From Anthoceros angustus (Eukaryota > Plantae > Anthocerotophyta), in the NCBI GenBank assembly GCA_010909165.1, contig VJWM01000106.1, forward strand, positions 744,001-808,000: a stretch of 64,000 nt of DNA, given 5' to 3'. Under the pieces are notes generated by a model. That model searched no databases, had not been told where the DNA came from, and worked only from the letters and a program-made list of their open reading frames with translations. The translations under genes were made by a program, and so were the position numbers. The first letter of the stretch is position 1; every line of letters starts with the position of its first letter. Positions 13,421-24,774 of this stretch are shown one piece after another.

Positions 13421-14338
13421 GTGTTAGGGTTCCAAACACTTCTTCACTACCCACAACAGAAAATCGTACATATTACCGTGGAGTATCTGATCGTATGTCC
13501 CATCCCTAGACATCCTGTAAGATGCAGAAACCGGAGCACGCCCTCGCCCGTCCCTGTGCGAAGAAAGACGGAGCACCTTGCCAAGGCATGCTCGGCATGA
13601 CTCGCCAAGGTCCTGATCCACCGAAACAAGCACAAATGAGAAGCCAACCCTTGTCTTAGCAGTACTGAAGCAGTCTCAAAAATGACACAAGCTTCAAGCG
13701 GTTTCAATTCCGATGTCATGCTCCGACAACAGATTGGAACTGCAAGCAGCTTGGCGTCAACGTTAACGTCTGTTATACATCCACCAGTCAATGTCCACGC
13801 TCCAGCCAGATGGACAAGGCATCTAGAAGAGCCTGAAACCCTAACCAGGGGAATGGGAAGCGCAAGAGCACCTCAATGTGAGATTTGCACTCCAAGCAGC
13901 TTGGGGAAACGTCTGTTAGATATCCAACAGTCATGTCCACGCTCCAGCTACATGGACAAGCTTAAGGCATCTACAAGAGTGTGAAACCCTAATCAAGAAA
14001 ATGGAAAGCGCATGAGCCCTCACTGTCCGATGCTTTTGAATTGACACTGGACAGGATCGATCCAATCCGATCCCCTGCTCTGCAACGGAGAGGTGCAACG
14101 GCACTTGGGACGGAGGATGTGTGAACCTCAACCTCCGTGGAGGCTTAAAAATGTTTCTTTAGAGTCGCCGGATGCATCATTGCAGGCTGCAGCTCGGGAG
14201 GCAAAGCGCTCTCCGGCCCTTGGATCCCGTTCCCGTTCCCGTTCCCCTTCCCCTTCCCCTTCCCGCTCCCTATTAAGCCTGGACAAGGAGAAGTGGTTGA
14301 ACTCTGGACTCCAATTGCTGCCGACCGAGGAGACATCG

Positions 14339-15189
14339 ATGCCGGGGCGTGGGGCAAGGGCACGCCGCCCATCCGTCCCTTCCTGGTACGGTGCGCGGGA
14401 CGATGACGATGTAGCCGTCGTAGAATTTCGACGGCTGGTGCTTTGGATCGGATACTGCCACAGGGTTTTCTACCGTAGGCTGGACAGGCTCACCCGGTGG
14501 TTGATGCCTCTCGCATCAGATCAAAGGGTATCGGACATAGAGTGGGTCAGTACATGCTACCATTTCCACCACACTGAATCCATGCAGCGGACTTTCTTGT
14601 CACCGTGGAGATTCAGCTGAAGAATGTGCTATACGTGATTTAGTCTGGGTATGTGGTAGCTATGAAGTCTAATAGGTCTGATCACCCCTGCTGTCTGCAG
14701 GTGGAAGCATCCGTCCTCATGCTGAGGACTTTCACCGGTTTTGCCCGATTGACATATGACCGGGCGATGGACCACTGCAGGAGGGAGTACTTGAAAGTTG
14801 TCGAAGCGCAACAGCGCGGCGGAGAGGTAGCCCGGGATGACGCTCTTAGGCGCCTGAACGAGTACTGGAACGGGGAGTATCCGCCCGACTGCGAATGCGA
14901 GTACTGCATGTGTTCCAGGGATGTAACTCGGCACTCCATGAATCGGAGCTTGATCAGCACGTCCGTCGACTTCGACATTCTTCGTGAACGCTGGGACCGT
15001 TTACGTGAAGTTCCCTCGGGCAGGCCCGTGAACCCGGAATTCCGCCAGGGCCAGCACTCTCACCAGCGCGACACCCTGAACTGGCAGCTCAGGGATATCA
15101 TGCCGCGGCAGCCTCCGTGTCCGCACTACATGCGACGGGGCCGAATCCGAGCTGCTCCCTACGCGGAACGCCCGCACCCTTCTCTGTAG
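14339..15189 (+). CDS. Orphan two-exon protein, 231 aa (exons 14339-14545 and 14701-15189), CxCxxC motif, unknown function
   Basis: Phase-0 GT..AG intron (TGG|GTCAGT..CTGCAG|GTG) joins both exons in frame; TATTAA box ~70 bp upstream; junctions are conserved in the other copies. Confidence 0.6.
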
Positions 15190-16589
15190 CCAGGTTTGCT
15201 GTCTTCACGAATGCCAGAACTGTCGAAACGACCATCTGGATCTGGATAGGATATGTAACTCAACACAAGAACATCCTGACCAACGGCTACTTGCATATTC
15301 GTGTTATTTGTTATTTGTTTAGGTTTTTCTTTTACAAGATTAACTCGCACCATAATAATTTAATTTAACTAACTTTAATTTTGCTTAAAGCATACATTCC
15401 TTTTGGCCTGTGAAACAGGCTTGGTCTTGGGACTTCGAAGTCATGCTCTGCAATTGGATATGGATTCATGATTCATGCCTCCTGCGCTTTTCGTCTGGGA
15501 AGGCTGCGAAATACACCAATCAGGGGATATCATCGATCTTCAATCCAGCCCGTTTCCGAAACATTGCAATGCTGGCTTGCAATTATTTACCCGAAATCGC
15601 TAATATGCCAGGAAGTGGTTACTACTAGTTACAAGGAACAAGGAGCCACTCTCTCCCACAAGGTAGATAGACGCACGTCTTTGAAGACCTAAAACAGCAA
15701 GGACTGCCAGAGCAGGTTCCAACGGATCCTTAGGGCAGCAAAAGCCGCTGCAGCCTTTGGGAAAGAAATGTTCCCGGTTACATATCCTACGCTCGAGGAA
15801 CGGGTGACACTCCAAACACCTCTTGACTACCTAAAACAGGAGGGTACTGCAGAAAACAGGTTTCAAAGGTTCAGCCAAAGCAGCTCCAGCCTTGGAAAAA
15901 GCAATGGAGCACCCTAAATGAGTTATAAATTCCTAAATACGTTACATGCTGCAGCATGCAGTGAAATGGTGGATCTGAGATTCAAGATGTTATCTGACTC
16001 ACTGGTTAGCGACATTCATGAGCATACGTGCAGATACCATAGTTCCCATGTCGGATTGCAGTCTTAAGCTGCACAAGAAGAAGAAGAAGAAGAAGAATTT
16101 TATTTAAGTCCACTAAGCGCAGTAAAACAATGTCAAGTGGCACAGTGCCCACAAACACTCCCTGATCGGACAGGCTATTGAAGGTCTCGGTGGCGGGCAC
16201 TTGGAAGGCGCAGCTTGTCACACTTCAGCTCCCGAGCGCGGAGAACTACCAAACGCACTAGTACTCGACAAGTCCTCATCCACCATAACCTGCAGGAATG
16301 AGAAGCCAACCCTTGTCTTAGCAGTACTGAAGCAGTCTCAAAATGACACAAGCTTCAAGCGGTTTCAATTCCGATGTCATGCTCCGACAACAGATTGGAA
16401 CTGCAAGCAGCTTGGCGTCAACGTTAACGTCTGTTAGATATCCAACAGTCATGTCCACGCTCCAGCCAGATGGACAAGGCATCTACAAGAGTGTGAAACC
16501 CTAACCATGGAATGGCAGCGCTAGCGCAACGCGCAACAGCTCCTCACAGTCAGATGCTTTTGAATTGACACTGGACAGGATCGATCCAA

Positions 16590-17400
16590 TCCGTCCCTTC
16601 CTGGTACGGTGCGCGGGACGATGACGATGTAGCCGTCGTAGAATTTCGACGGCTGGTGCTGGATCGGATACTGCCACAGGGTTTTCTACCGTAGGCTGGA
16701 CAGGCTCACCCGGTGGTTGATGCCTCTCGCATCAGATCAAAGGGTATCGGACATAGAGTGGGTCAGTACATGCTACCATTTCCACCACACTGAATCCATG
16801 CAGCGGACTTTCTTGTCACCGTGGAGATTCAGCTGAAGAATGTGCTATACGTGATTTAGTCTGGGTATGTGGTAGCTATGAAGTCTAATAGGTCTGATCA
16901 CCCTGCTGTCTGCAGGTGGAAGCATCCGTCCTCATGCTGAGGACTTTCACCGGTTTTGCCCGATTGACATATGACCGGGCGATGGACCACTGCAGGAGGG
17001 AGTACTTGAAAGTTGTCGAAGCGCAACAGCGCGGCGGAGAGGTAGCCCGGGATGACGCTCTTAGGCGCCTGAACGAGTACTGGAACGGGGAGTATCCGCC
17101 CGACTGCGAATGCGAGTACTGCATGTGTTCCAGGGATGTAACTCGGCACTCCATGAATCGGAGCTTGATCAGCACGTCCGTCGACTTCGACATTCTTCGT
17201 GAACGCTGGGACCGTTTACGTGAAGTTCCCTCGGGCAGGCCCGTGAACCCGGAATTCCGCCAGGGCCAGCACTCTCACCAGCGCGACACCCTGAACTGGC
17301 AGCTCAGGATATCATGCCGCGGCAGCCTCCGTGTCCGCACTACATGCGACGGGGCCGAATCCGAGCTGCTCCTACGCGGAACGCCCGCACCCTTCTCTGT
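16590..17400 (+). pseudogene. Orphan array gene, 5'-deleted near-identical copy of 14339-15189
   Basis: A deletion at ~16590 (microhomology ATCCG) removes the TATA-like box and ATG; small indels in both exons. Confidence 0.75.
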
Positions 17401-19060
17401 AGCCAGGTTTGCTGTCTTCACGAATGCCAGAACTGTCGAAACGACCATCTGGATCTGGATAGGATATGTAACTCAACACAAGAACATCCTGACCAACGGC
17501 TACTTGCATATTCGTGTTATTTGTTATTTGTTTAGGTTTTTCTTTTACAAGATTAACTCGCACCATAATAATTTAATTTAACTAACTTTAATTTTGCTTA
17601 AAGCATACATTCCTTTTGGCCTGTGAAACAGGCTTGGTCTTTGGGACTTCGAAGTCATGCTCTGCAATTGGATATGGATTCATGATTCATGCCTCCTGCG
17701 CTTTTCGTCTGGGAAGGCTGCGAAATACACCAATCAGGGGATATCATCGATCTTCAATCCAGCCGTTTCCGAAACATTGCAATGCTGGCTTGCAATTATT
17801 TACCCGAAATCGCTAATATGCCAGGAAGTGGTTACTACTAGTTACAAGGAACAAGGAGCCACTCTCTCCCCACAAGGTAGATAGACGCACGTCTTTGAAG
17901 ACCTAAAACAGCAAGGACTGCCAGAGCAGGTTCCAACGGATCCTTAGGGCAGCAAAAGCCGCTGCAGCCTTTGGGAAAGAAATGTTCCCGGTTACATATC
18001 CTACGCTCGAGGAACGGGTGACACTCCAAACACCTCTTGACTACCTAAAACAGGAGGGTACTGCAGAAAACAGGTTTCAAAGGTTCAGCCAAAGCAGCTC
18101 CAGCCTTGGAAAAAGCAATGGAGCACCCTAAATGAGTTATAAATTCCTAAATACGTTACACATGCTGCAGCAGTACTGCAGTGAAATGGTGGATCTGAGA
18201 TTCAAGATGTTATCTGACTCACTGGTTAGCGACATTCATGAGCATACGTGCAGATACCATAGTTCCCATGTCGGATTGCAGTCTTAAGCTGCACAAGAAG
18301 AAGAAGAAGAAGAAGAATTTTATTTAAGTCCACTAAGCGCAGTAAAACAATGTCAGAGTGGCACAGTGCCCACAAACACTCCCTGATCGGACAGGCTATT
18401 GAAGGTCTCGGTGGCGGGCACTTGGAAGGCGCAGCTTGTCACACTTCAGCTCCCGAGCGCGGAGAACTACCAAACGCACTAGTACTCGACAAGTCCCTCA
18501 TCCACCATAACCTGCAGGAATGAGAAGCCCAGCCTTGTCTTAGCAGTGAAGCAGTCTCAGAAATGACACAAGCTTGGTTTCAATTCCGATCTCATGTTCC
18601 GACAACAAATTTGAACTCGAACCAGCTTGGCGTCACAGTCTAACAGGTATCCAACAGTCACGTCCACGCTCCAGCCAGATGGACAAGGCATCTGGACAAG
18701 TTTGAACCCCTAACCATGGGAATGGGCAGCGCTAGCGCAACGCGCAACGGCTCCTCACAGTCAGATGCTTTTGAATTGGCACTGGACAGGATTGATCCAA
18801 TCTCGTCCGCTGTGACGTTACGGCCATGCGGAACGGCACTTGAGACGGAGCCTCAACCTCGTAGGACTTTGATTTGTTTCTTCAGCGTTGCCGGATGCGT
18901 CAACGCCGGCTAGAGCTCGGGAGGCAAAGCGCTCTCCCTTCGTTCCCCTTCCCATTCCCACTCCCGCGGCTCCCTACGAATAAAAACCTGGACAAGGAGA
19001 ACGTGACTTAATCATCACTGACGAAGTGGTTGAACTCGGACTCCAATTGCTGCCGAGGAG

Positions 19061-19894
19061 ATGGCGGGACGTCCGTTGCCCCAGGAAGGAGGGCTCCCAT
19101 CAACAGGATCTCGCCCATCCCTCCCTTCCTGGTCCGGTGCGTGGGACGATGACGATGCAGCCGACATAGAATTTCGACGGCTGACGCGATGGATCATGTA
19201 CTGTAACAGGGTTTTCTACCGTAGGCTGGACAGGCTCAACCGGTGGTTGATACCCCTCGCATCAGAACAAAGGGTATCGGACATGGAGTGGGTCAGGTTC
19301 CACCGCATTGAATCCACTACAGCAGGCTTTCTTGTCACTGTGGAGATGCATCTGAAGGATGTGCTATACGTTATTTAGGCTAGGTATGTGGTAGCCATGA
19401 AGTCTAATAGGTATGACCATCTCTGCTGTTTGCAGATGGAAGCATTCGACCGGCTGTTGAGTTACGCCATTTATGGCCAACTGACATACAAGAGGGCGAT
19501 GAAGCGCTGCAGGAAGAAGTACTTCAATGTTGTCCAAGCGCAACAGCGTGGCGGAGAGGTAGCCAGGGATGACGCTCTTAGGCGCCTGAACGAGCACTGG
19601 AACGGAGAGTATCCGCCCGACTGCGAATGCCAATACTGCATGTATTCCAGGGATGTAATCCTGCACTCCATGACTCGGAGCTGGAGCAGCGCGTCCGAGG
19701 AACTCCACCATCATCTTCAACACATGCAGGTGCCCTTGGACCCGGAGGACCGCCAGAGCCAGCACTTTCACGAGCGCGAGATCCTGCGCCAGCAGCTCCT
19801 GGACATTCAGAATCATCCTCCGCGCCCGTACTATCTGCAGCGGGCCCGAGTCCGAGCTGCTACCACATGCCGCGCCCGCTCATTCTCTGATTAG
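19061..19894 (+). CDS. Orphan two-exon protein, ~229 aa (exons 19061-19291 and 19436-19894), divergent paralog
   Basis: In-frame phase-0 splice TGG|GTCAGG..TTGCAG|ATG. Conserved RRL..WI.YC.RVFYRRLDRL.RWL.PLAS and AQQRGGEVARDDALRRLNE.WNGEYPPDCEC.YCM. The last codons vary by a homopolymer indel among copies. Confidence 0.6.
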
Positions 19895-21547
19895 CCAAGG
19901 GATCGCTACCGTTTGCAGTCTCGATGAATGCCAGAACGCGCCGAGCTTGATAGGTATGTGCGCTTTGTTGCATATATTCCTGTCATCATCTTGAACGCCT
20001 TGTTTAGACCTGACATCAAGTACAAAGTAGAAACAACTGAGCACGAGAACATCCCGACATAAGGAACATAATCACTGGATAGACTTTAATTTTGCTTGAG
20101 CATATTTACATTGATTTTGGCCTGTGAAACCCGACTTCCTGTTTGGTCTTTCGGACTTCAAATCATACTCTGCCCCTGGAAATCCATTGATTCCTCCAGC
20201 GCATTCGTCTGGGAAGGTTGCGAAACACACCAACCAGGAGGTATCATATAATCTTCAATCCAGCCCGTTCCGAAACCTTCCAATGCTGGCTTGCAAATAT
20301 CTACCAGAAATTGCTAATATGCAGGACGTGCTTACCACTAGTTAGTGACTACGAGCCTCTCCTCCATTAGGTAGATAGACACGTCTTTGAATAGGGCTGC
20401 CAAAGCAGGTTCCACGGGTCGTTAGGCCAGCAAAAGCCGCTGGAGCCTTGGAAACAGCAATGTTCCCGATCTACATCCTAGGCTCGAAGAACGGGTGACA
20501 CTTGTATGGATCACCCTCAATGCGTTATGCCTCAATGCGGTGTAGATGCTGCAGTGAAATGGTGTATCTGAGAGTGAAGATAAGGTCTTCCCACTGGTTA
20601 GCGAAATGAGAAGACGTGATATTATAATTCCCATGGCGGATTGCAGCCTTCAAGACTTCAGTCATTGGAGTGCACATTAAATGATGATCGGCAGGAAGGG
20701 ATCCAGACTCTCTATCTTGATGTCTTGTGCATCTGGCTGGAGCGAGGACATGACTGTTGGTGCTGCACATGCCCTAGGGCAACACTACATGCCCGGCATG
20801 ACTCGACAAGGTCCTGATCCACCGAAACAAGCAGGAATGAGAAGCCAAGCCTTGTCTTAGCAGTGAAGCAGTCTCAAAATGACACAAGCTTGGTTTCAAT
20901 TCCGATCTCATGTTCGGACAACAAATCTGAACTCCAACCAGCTTGGCGTCAACAGAACTTCTGTTAGGTGTCCAACAGTCATGTCCACGCTCCAACCAGA
21001 TGGACAAGGCATCTGGAAACGTTTGAAACCCTAACCATGAAAATGGGCAGCGCTAGCGCAACAGCGCCTCACCGTCAGATGCGTTTGAATTGACACTGAG
21101 CAGGATTGATCCAGTCCGTCCTCTGCAACAATACGGCCATGTGCAACGGCTCTTGGGACGGAGGATGTGTGAACCACAACCGATCCTATGACCCTTTAAA
21201 TTGCATCTTCACCGTTGGATGCATCAAAGGCAGGCTGGATGTCGGAGGCAAACCGCTCTCCCTCGGTTCCCCTTCCCGCTCCCGGTCCCTATTAGGCCTG
21301 GACGTACAAGGAGACGTGACTTGTCACTGACCGAGTGGTTGAGCTCTGGACTCAATTGAGCACTGTGCATTAGGAGATGCCATAGCCTCTGTCCCCCAGA
21401 AAGGAGGGCTCCCACCAGTTCCACCGTCGTCATCGTCAACGGACGGAGGTGCCCGAAGAGCAACAACGCCGGGCGAGAACTGGTACTAGCACCGGCATTT
21501 CATCCTGCTGCTCGAGACATCCAGGTGCAGCCCCGCGCCGTACTATA

Positions 21548-22650
21548 TGCAGCGGGCCCGAGTCCGAGCTGCTACCCACATGCCGCGCCCGCTCATTCTC
21601 TGATTAGCCAAGGGATCGCTACCGTTTGCAGTCTCGATGAATGCCAGAACGCGCCGAGCTTGATAGGTATGACCATCTCTGCTGTTTGCAGATGGAAGCA
21701 TTCGACCGGCTGTTGAGTTACGCCATTTATGGCCAACTGACATACAAGAGGGCGATGAAGCGCTGCAGGAAGAAGTACTTCAATGTTGTCCAAGCGCAAC
21801 AGCGTGGCGGAGAGGTAGCCAGGATGACGCTCTTAGGCGCCTGAACGAGCACTGGAACGGAGTATCCGCCCGACTGCGAATGCCAATACTGCATGTATTC
21901 CAGGGATGTAATCCTGCACTCCATGACTCGACAAGGTCCTGATCCACCGAAACAAGCAGGAATGAGAAGCCAAGCCTTGTCTTAGCAGTGAAGCAGTCTC
22001 AAAATGACACAAGCTTGGTTTCAATTCCGATCTCATGTTCGGACAACAAATCTGAACTCCAACCAGCTTGGCGTCAACAGAACTTCTGTTAGGTGTCCAA
22101 CAGTCATGTCCACGCTCCAACCAGCTTGGCGTCAACAGAACTTCTGTTAGGTGTCCAACAGTCATGTCCACGCTCCAACCAGCTTGGCGTCAACAGAACT
22201 TCTGTTAGGTGTCCAACAGTCATGTCCACGCTCCAACCAGATGGACAAGGCATCTGGAAACGTTTGAAACCCTAACCATGAAAATGGGCAGCGCTAGCGC
22301 AACAGCGTGGCGGAGAGGTAGCCAGGGATGACGCTCTTAGGCGCCTGAACGAGCACTGGAACGGAGAGTATCCGCCCGACTGCGAATGCCAATACTGCAT
22401 GTATTCCAGGGATGTAATCCTGCACTCCATGACTCGGAGCTGGAGCAGCGCGTCCGAGGAACTCCACCATCATCTTCAACACATGCAGGTGCCCTTGGAC
22501 CCGGAGGACCGCCAGAGCCAGCACTTTCACGAGCGCGAGATCCTGCGCCAGCAGCTCCTGGACATTCAGAATCATCCTCCGCGCCCGTACTATCTGCAGC
22601 GGGCCCGAGTCCGAGCTGCTACCCATGCCGCGCCCGCTCATTCTCTGATT
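21548..22650 (+). repeat. Mosaic of array fragments including partial exon-2 copies and a 3 x 58-bp repeat (22057-22240)
   Basis: Segments match 19.4-21.1 kb exactly but are joined out of order at 8-11 bp microhomologies. Confidence 0.85.
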
Positions 22651-24143
22651 AGCCAAGGGATCGCTACCGTTTGCAGTCTCGATGAATGCCAGAACGCGCC
22701 GAGCTTGATAGGTATGTGCGCTTTGTTGCATATATTCCTGTCATCATCTTGAACGCCTTGTTTAGACCTGACATCAAGTACAAAGTAGAAACAACTGAGC
22801 ACGAGAACATCCCGACATAAGGAACATAATCACTGGATAGACTTTAATTTTGCTTGAGCATATTTACATTGATTTTGGCCTGTGAAACCCGACTTCCTGT
22901 TTGGTCTTTCGGACTTCAAATCATACTCTGCCCTGGAAATCCATTGATTCCTCCAGCGCATTCGTCTGGGAAGGTTGCGAAACACACCAACCAGGAGGTA
23001 TCATATAATCTTCAATCCAGCCCGTTCCGAAACCTTCCAATGCTGGCTTGCAAATATCTACCAGAAATTGCTAATATGCAGGACGTGCTTACCACTAGTT
23101 AGTGACTACGAGCCACTCTCCCTCCATTAGGTAGATAGACACGTCTTTGAATAGGGCTGCCAAAGCAGGTTCCACGGGTCGTTAGGCCAGCAAAAGCCGC
23201 TGGAGCCTTGGAAACAGCAATGTTCCCCGATCTACATCCTAGGCTCGAAGAACGGGTGACACTTGTATGGATCACCCTCAATGCGTTATGCCTCAATGCG
23301 GTGTAGATGCTGCAGTGAAATGGTGTATCTGAGAGTGAAGATAAGGTCTTCCCCACTGGTTAGCGAAATGAGAAGACGTGATATTATAATTCCCATGGCG
23401 GATTGCAGCCTTCAAGACTTCAGTCATTGGAGTGCACATTAAATGATGATCGGCAGGAAGGGGATCCAGACTCTCTATCTTGATGTCTTGTGCATCTGGC
23501 TGGAGCGAGGACATGACTGTTGGTGCTGCACATGCCCTAGGGCAACACTACATGCCCGGCATGACTCGACAAGGTCCTGATCCACCGAAACAAGCAGGAA
23601 TGAGAAGCCAAGCCTTGTCTTAGCAGTGAAGCAGTCTCAAAAATGACACAAGCTTGGTTTCAATTCCGATCTCATGTTCGGACAACAAATCTGAACTCCA
23701 ACCAGCTTGGCGTCAACAGAACTTCTGTTAGGTGTCCAACAGTCATGTCCACGCTCCAACCAGATGGACAAGGCATCTGGAAACGTTTGAAACCCTAACC
23801 ATGAAAATGGGCAGCGCTAGCGCAACAGCGCCTCACCGTCAGATGCGTTTGAATTGACACTGAGCAGGATTGATCCAGTCCCGTCCTCTGCAACAATACG
23901 GCCATGTGCAACGGCTCTTGGGACGGAGGATGTGTGAACCACAACCGATCCTATGACCCTTTAAATTGCATCTTCACCGTTGGATGCATCAAAGGCAGGC
24001 TGGATGTCGGGAGGCAAACCGCTCTCCCTCGGTTCCCCTTCCCGCTCCCGGTCCCTATTAGGCCTGGACGTACAAGGAGACGTGACTTGTCACTGACCGA
24101 GTGGTTGAGCTCTGGACTCCAATTGAGCACTGTGCATTAGGAG

Positions 24144-24378
24144 ATGCCATAGCCTCTGTCCCCCCAGAAAGGAGGGCTCCCACCAGTTCCACCGTCGTCA
24201 TCGTCAACGGACGGAGGTGCCCGAAGAGCAACAACGCCGGAGCGAGAACTGGTACTAGCACCGGCATTTCATCCTGCTGCTCCGAGACATCCAGGTGCAG
24301 CCCCCGCGCCCGTACTATATGCAGCGGCGCCGAATCCGTGATGCTTCCCGATATCCACGCCGGCAGAGTCCTGACTAG
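24144..24378 (+). pseudogene. Deletion derivative of the orphan array gene (exon-1 head fused to exon-2 tail); a second copy lies at ~21375-21550
   Basis: MP*PLSPQKGGLP matches the paralog N-terminus; LLRDIQVQPPRPYYMQRRRIR matches the paralog C-terminus. Confidence 0.65.
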
Positions 24379-24774
24379 CCAAGAGATTGCTACCTTTTGC
24401 AATCGTTGTATGTTCGATACCCCAGTGAACAGTTGATGTCCCATACGCTTTGATCTGATGCACATACCGGTGACAGTGCAAAGACCTTTTTAAATAGCTA
24501 CAGCGGGCAGGCAATTTGAAATCATCTGCAGCCTTGGATAGAACAATGAAACCTCGATATTCGTCCATGGCTCGAGAAACGGGTGACATTGAAACGCGTT
24601 TTCTGCTTAGGTGTAGTCACGATAAGATGCCGTGAACATCTGTGCCTTCAGGGTGCAGATGAAGGAGCAGGCAGACGAGAAGCACCCTTCGGTGAAGAAT
24701 CTGCTTGATAAGAATTAGCAGCCTTCTGGTCTGCCTTTCTTGATATGATGGCCGCACACAAGTGATCTCCTATG

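Noticed and set aside
13422-13570. Candidate 3' LTR of the plus-strand copia fragment
   Set aside because: It starts TGTTAGGG but has no clear polypurine tract, no partner LTR and no defined end, so it is only mentioned within the fragment feature.
14093-14338. Upstream ORF extension with an F-box-like SLLSLDKE segment
   Set aside because: The frame is not conserved between array copies, and the segment coincides with the TATTAA box, so it is better explained as promoter/5'UTR.
22057-22240. Regularly spaced repeats resembling a CRISPR array (also 38487-38605)
   Set aside because: The units are fully identical tandem copies with no unique spacers, the context is eukaryotic, and there are no cas genes.
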